Shown here: positions 63,151-64,000 of the stretch, one piece after another
Position numbering within the stretch: position 1 is the first letter of the stretch
How the letters are laid out: each line of letters begins with the position of its first letter
From: the human T2T-CHM13v2.0 reference genome, Homo sapiens
Reading direction: 5' to 3' (one strand)
NCBI RefSeq assembly: GCF_009914755.1
Contig: NC_060927.1
Length of the DNA stretch: 64,000 bases
Notes under the pieces: model-generated
What the model was told of the DNA's origin: nothing
What the model saw: only the letters and a program-made list of their open reading frames with translations
The model's database searches: none
Translations under genes and position numbers: made by a program

Positions 63151-64000
63151 GTTTGGCATCACAATTACTGATACTGTTACCTATTTTGAAATGTGATAAA
63201 AGGTAGAAAAGAGGGAAACATTGGCTTATGCAGTAGCTCTGATACTTGAACTTTGTGGGGGCAATGATAATTTAAAATATTGTAAAATTAGTTGACATTT
63301 AATTTGCATTGAAAACCTTGGAGAAACAGAATGACACTGGCCAGAAGACCTTCATGGAAGTTTTTAAAAGACTTTTATTTTCTATAGCTCTGGGTAGACT
63401 TTGCTGAAATTCAAGCCCAAGATTTAATAGTAAAGGTAACAAAACTGCAAAGGAGACAATGTTCAGCCTTAGTGCGTCTTTTAAGCTAAAATCATGGCCA
63501 AGATACAAAAGAAGTAAGAGACTGATATATCTGGGATAGGAATACCTGGGTTTCTGCATCCAAGGAGGCATGCATTATTGAAGAAAACACTAACGTTTTT
63601 GAGAAGTGCAGTATGGCTATCCTCTGCTGTACAGAATTGACAGAAGGAGACAGTTCCATGAGACAAAGGCCCCTAGTGTCAATGAAGCTGACAGAGTTCC
63701 GGAATAGCAGAAAACAAAGTGGTGGCGCTTAGCCATCAGAAGCAATACTAGAAGGCACAGACATATCTGTATGGCAAAAAAAGGGTTCCTTAACCTACAG
63801 AGAACTCTGGCAATGGTTAAAAGACTGTAGTGTATATCTGGAAGTGAAATAAATGTGCAGCCATCAAAGATGTTGCTTGACATGTATAAAACCAAGAAAA
63901 AACTCAAAAGGTAGTAGGCCAAGAGTTCTATCAGATTCTGCAGTAAAAATTTACTACTCCTGGCCCAGTTTTCAGATCTGAGATAGCCTCAGATAGGATC

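Overview
AT-rich primate (human-like) non-coding DNA, either a gene desert or a large intron. Young AluY, L1PA and THE1 elements are present, but I recognise no cellular protein-coding exon, tRNA or rRNA. Every long ORF in the track is a tandem-repeat artefact or a retroelement remnant. Repeat family names come from my recall of consensus sequences, not a database search, so subfamily labels are approximate. The window's interest lies in retrotransposition fossils that can be read from their junctions. (1) A full-span L1PA7-like element (21564-27395) has a 5'UTR deletion that falls on the L1 +97 splice donor and the downstream acceptor, so it looks like a spliced integrated retrotransposed element (SpIRE). 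(2) A 3.65-kb AT-rich compound VNTR (7751-11396) has a unit that matches the target-site duplication (TSD) of a truncated AluY. It sits inside a nested L2>L1>MER2>AluY stack. (3) An L1 insertion (37543-38005) combines a 5' inversion with a non-L1 3' transduction. (4) There is a second twin-primed L1PB insertion. (5) A perfect estrogen response element and a perfect CArG box lie in unique sequence, and there are candidate minus-strand non-coding exons.
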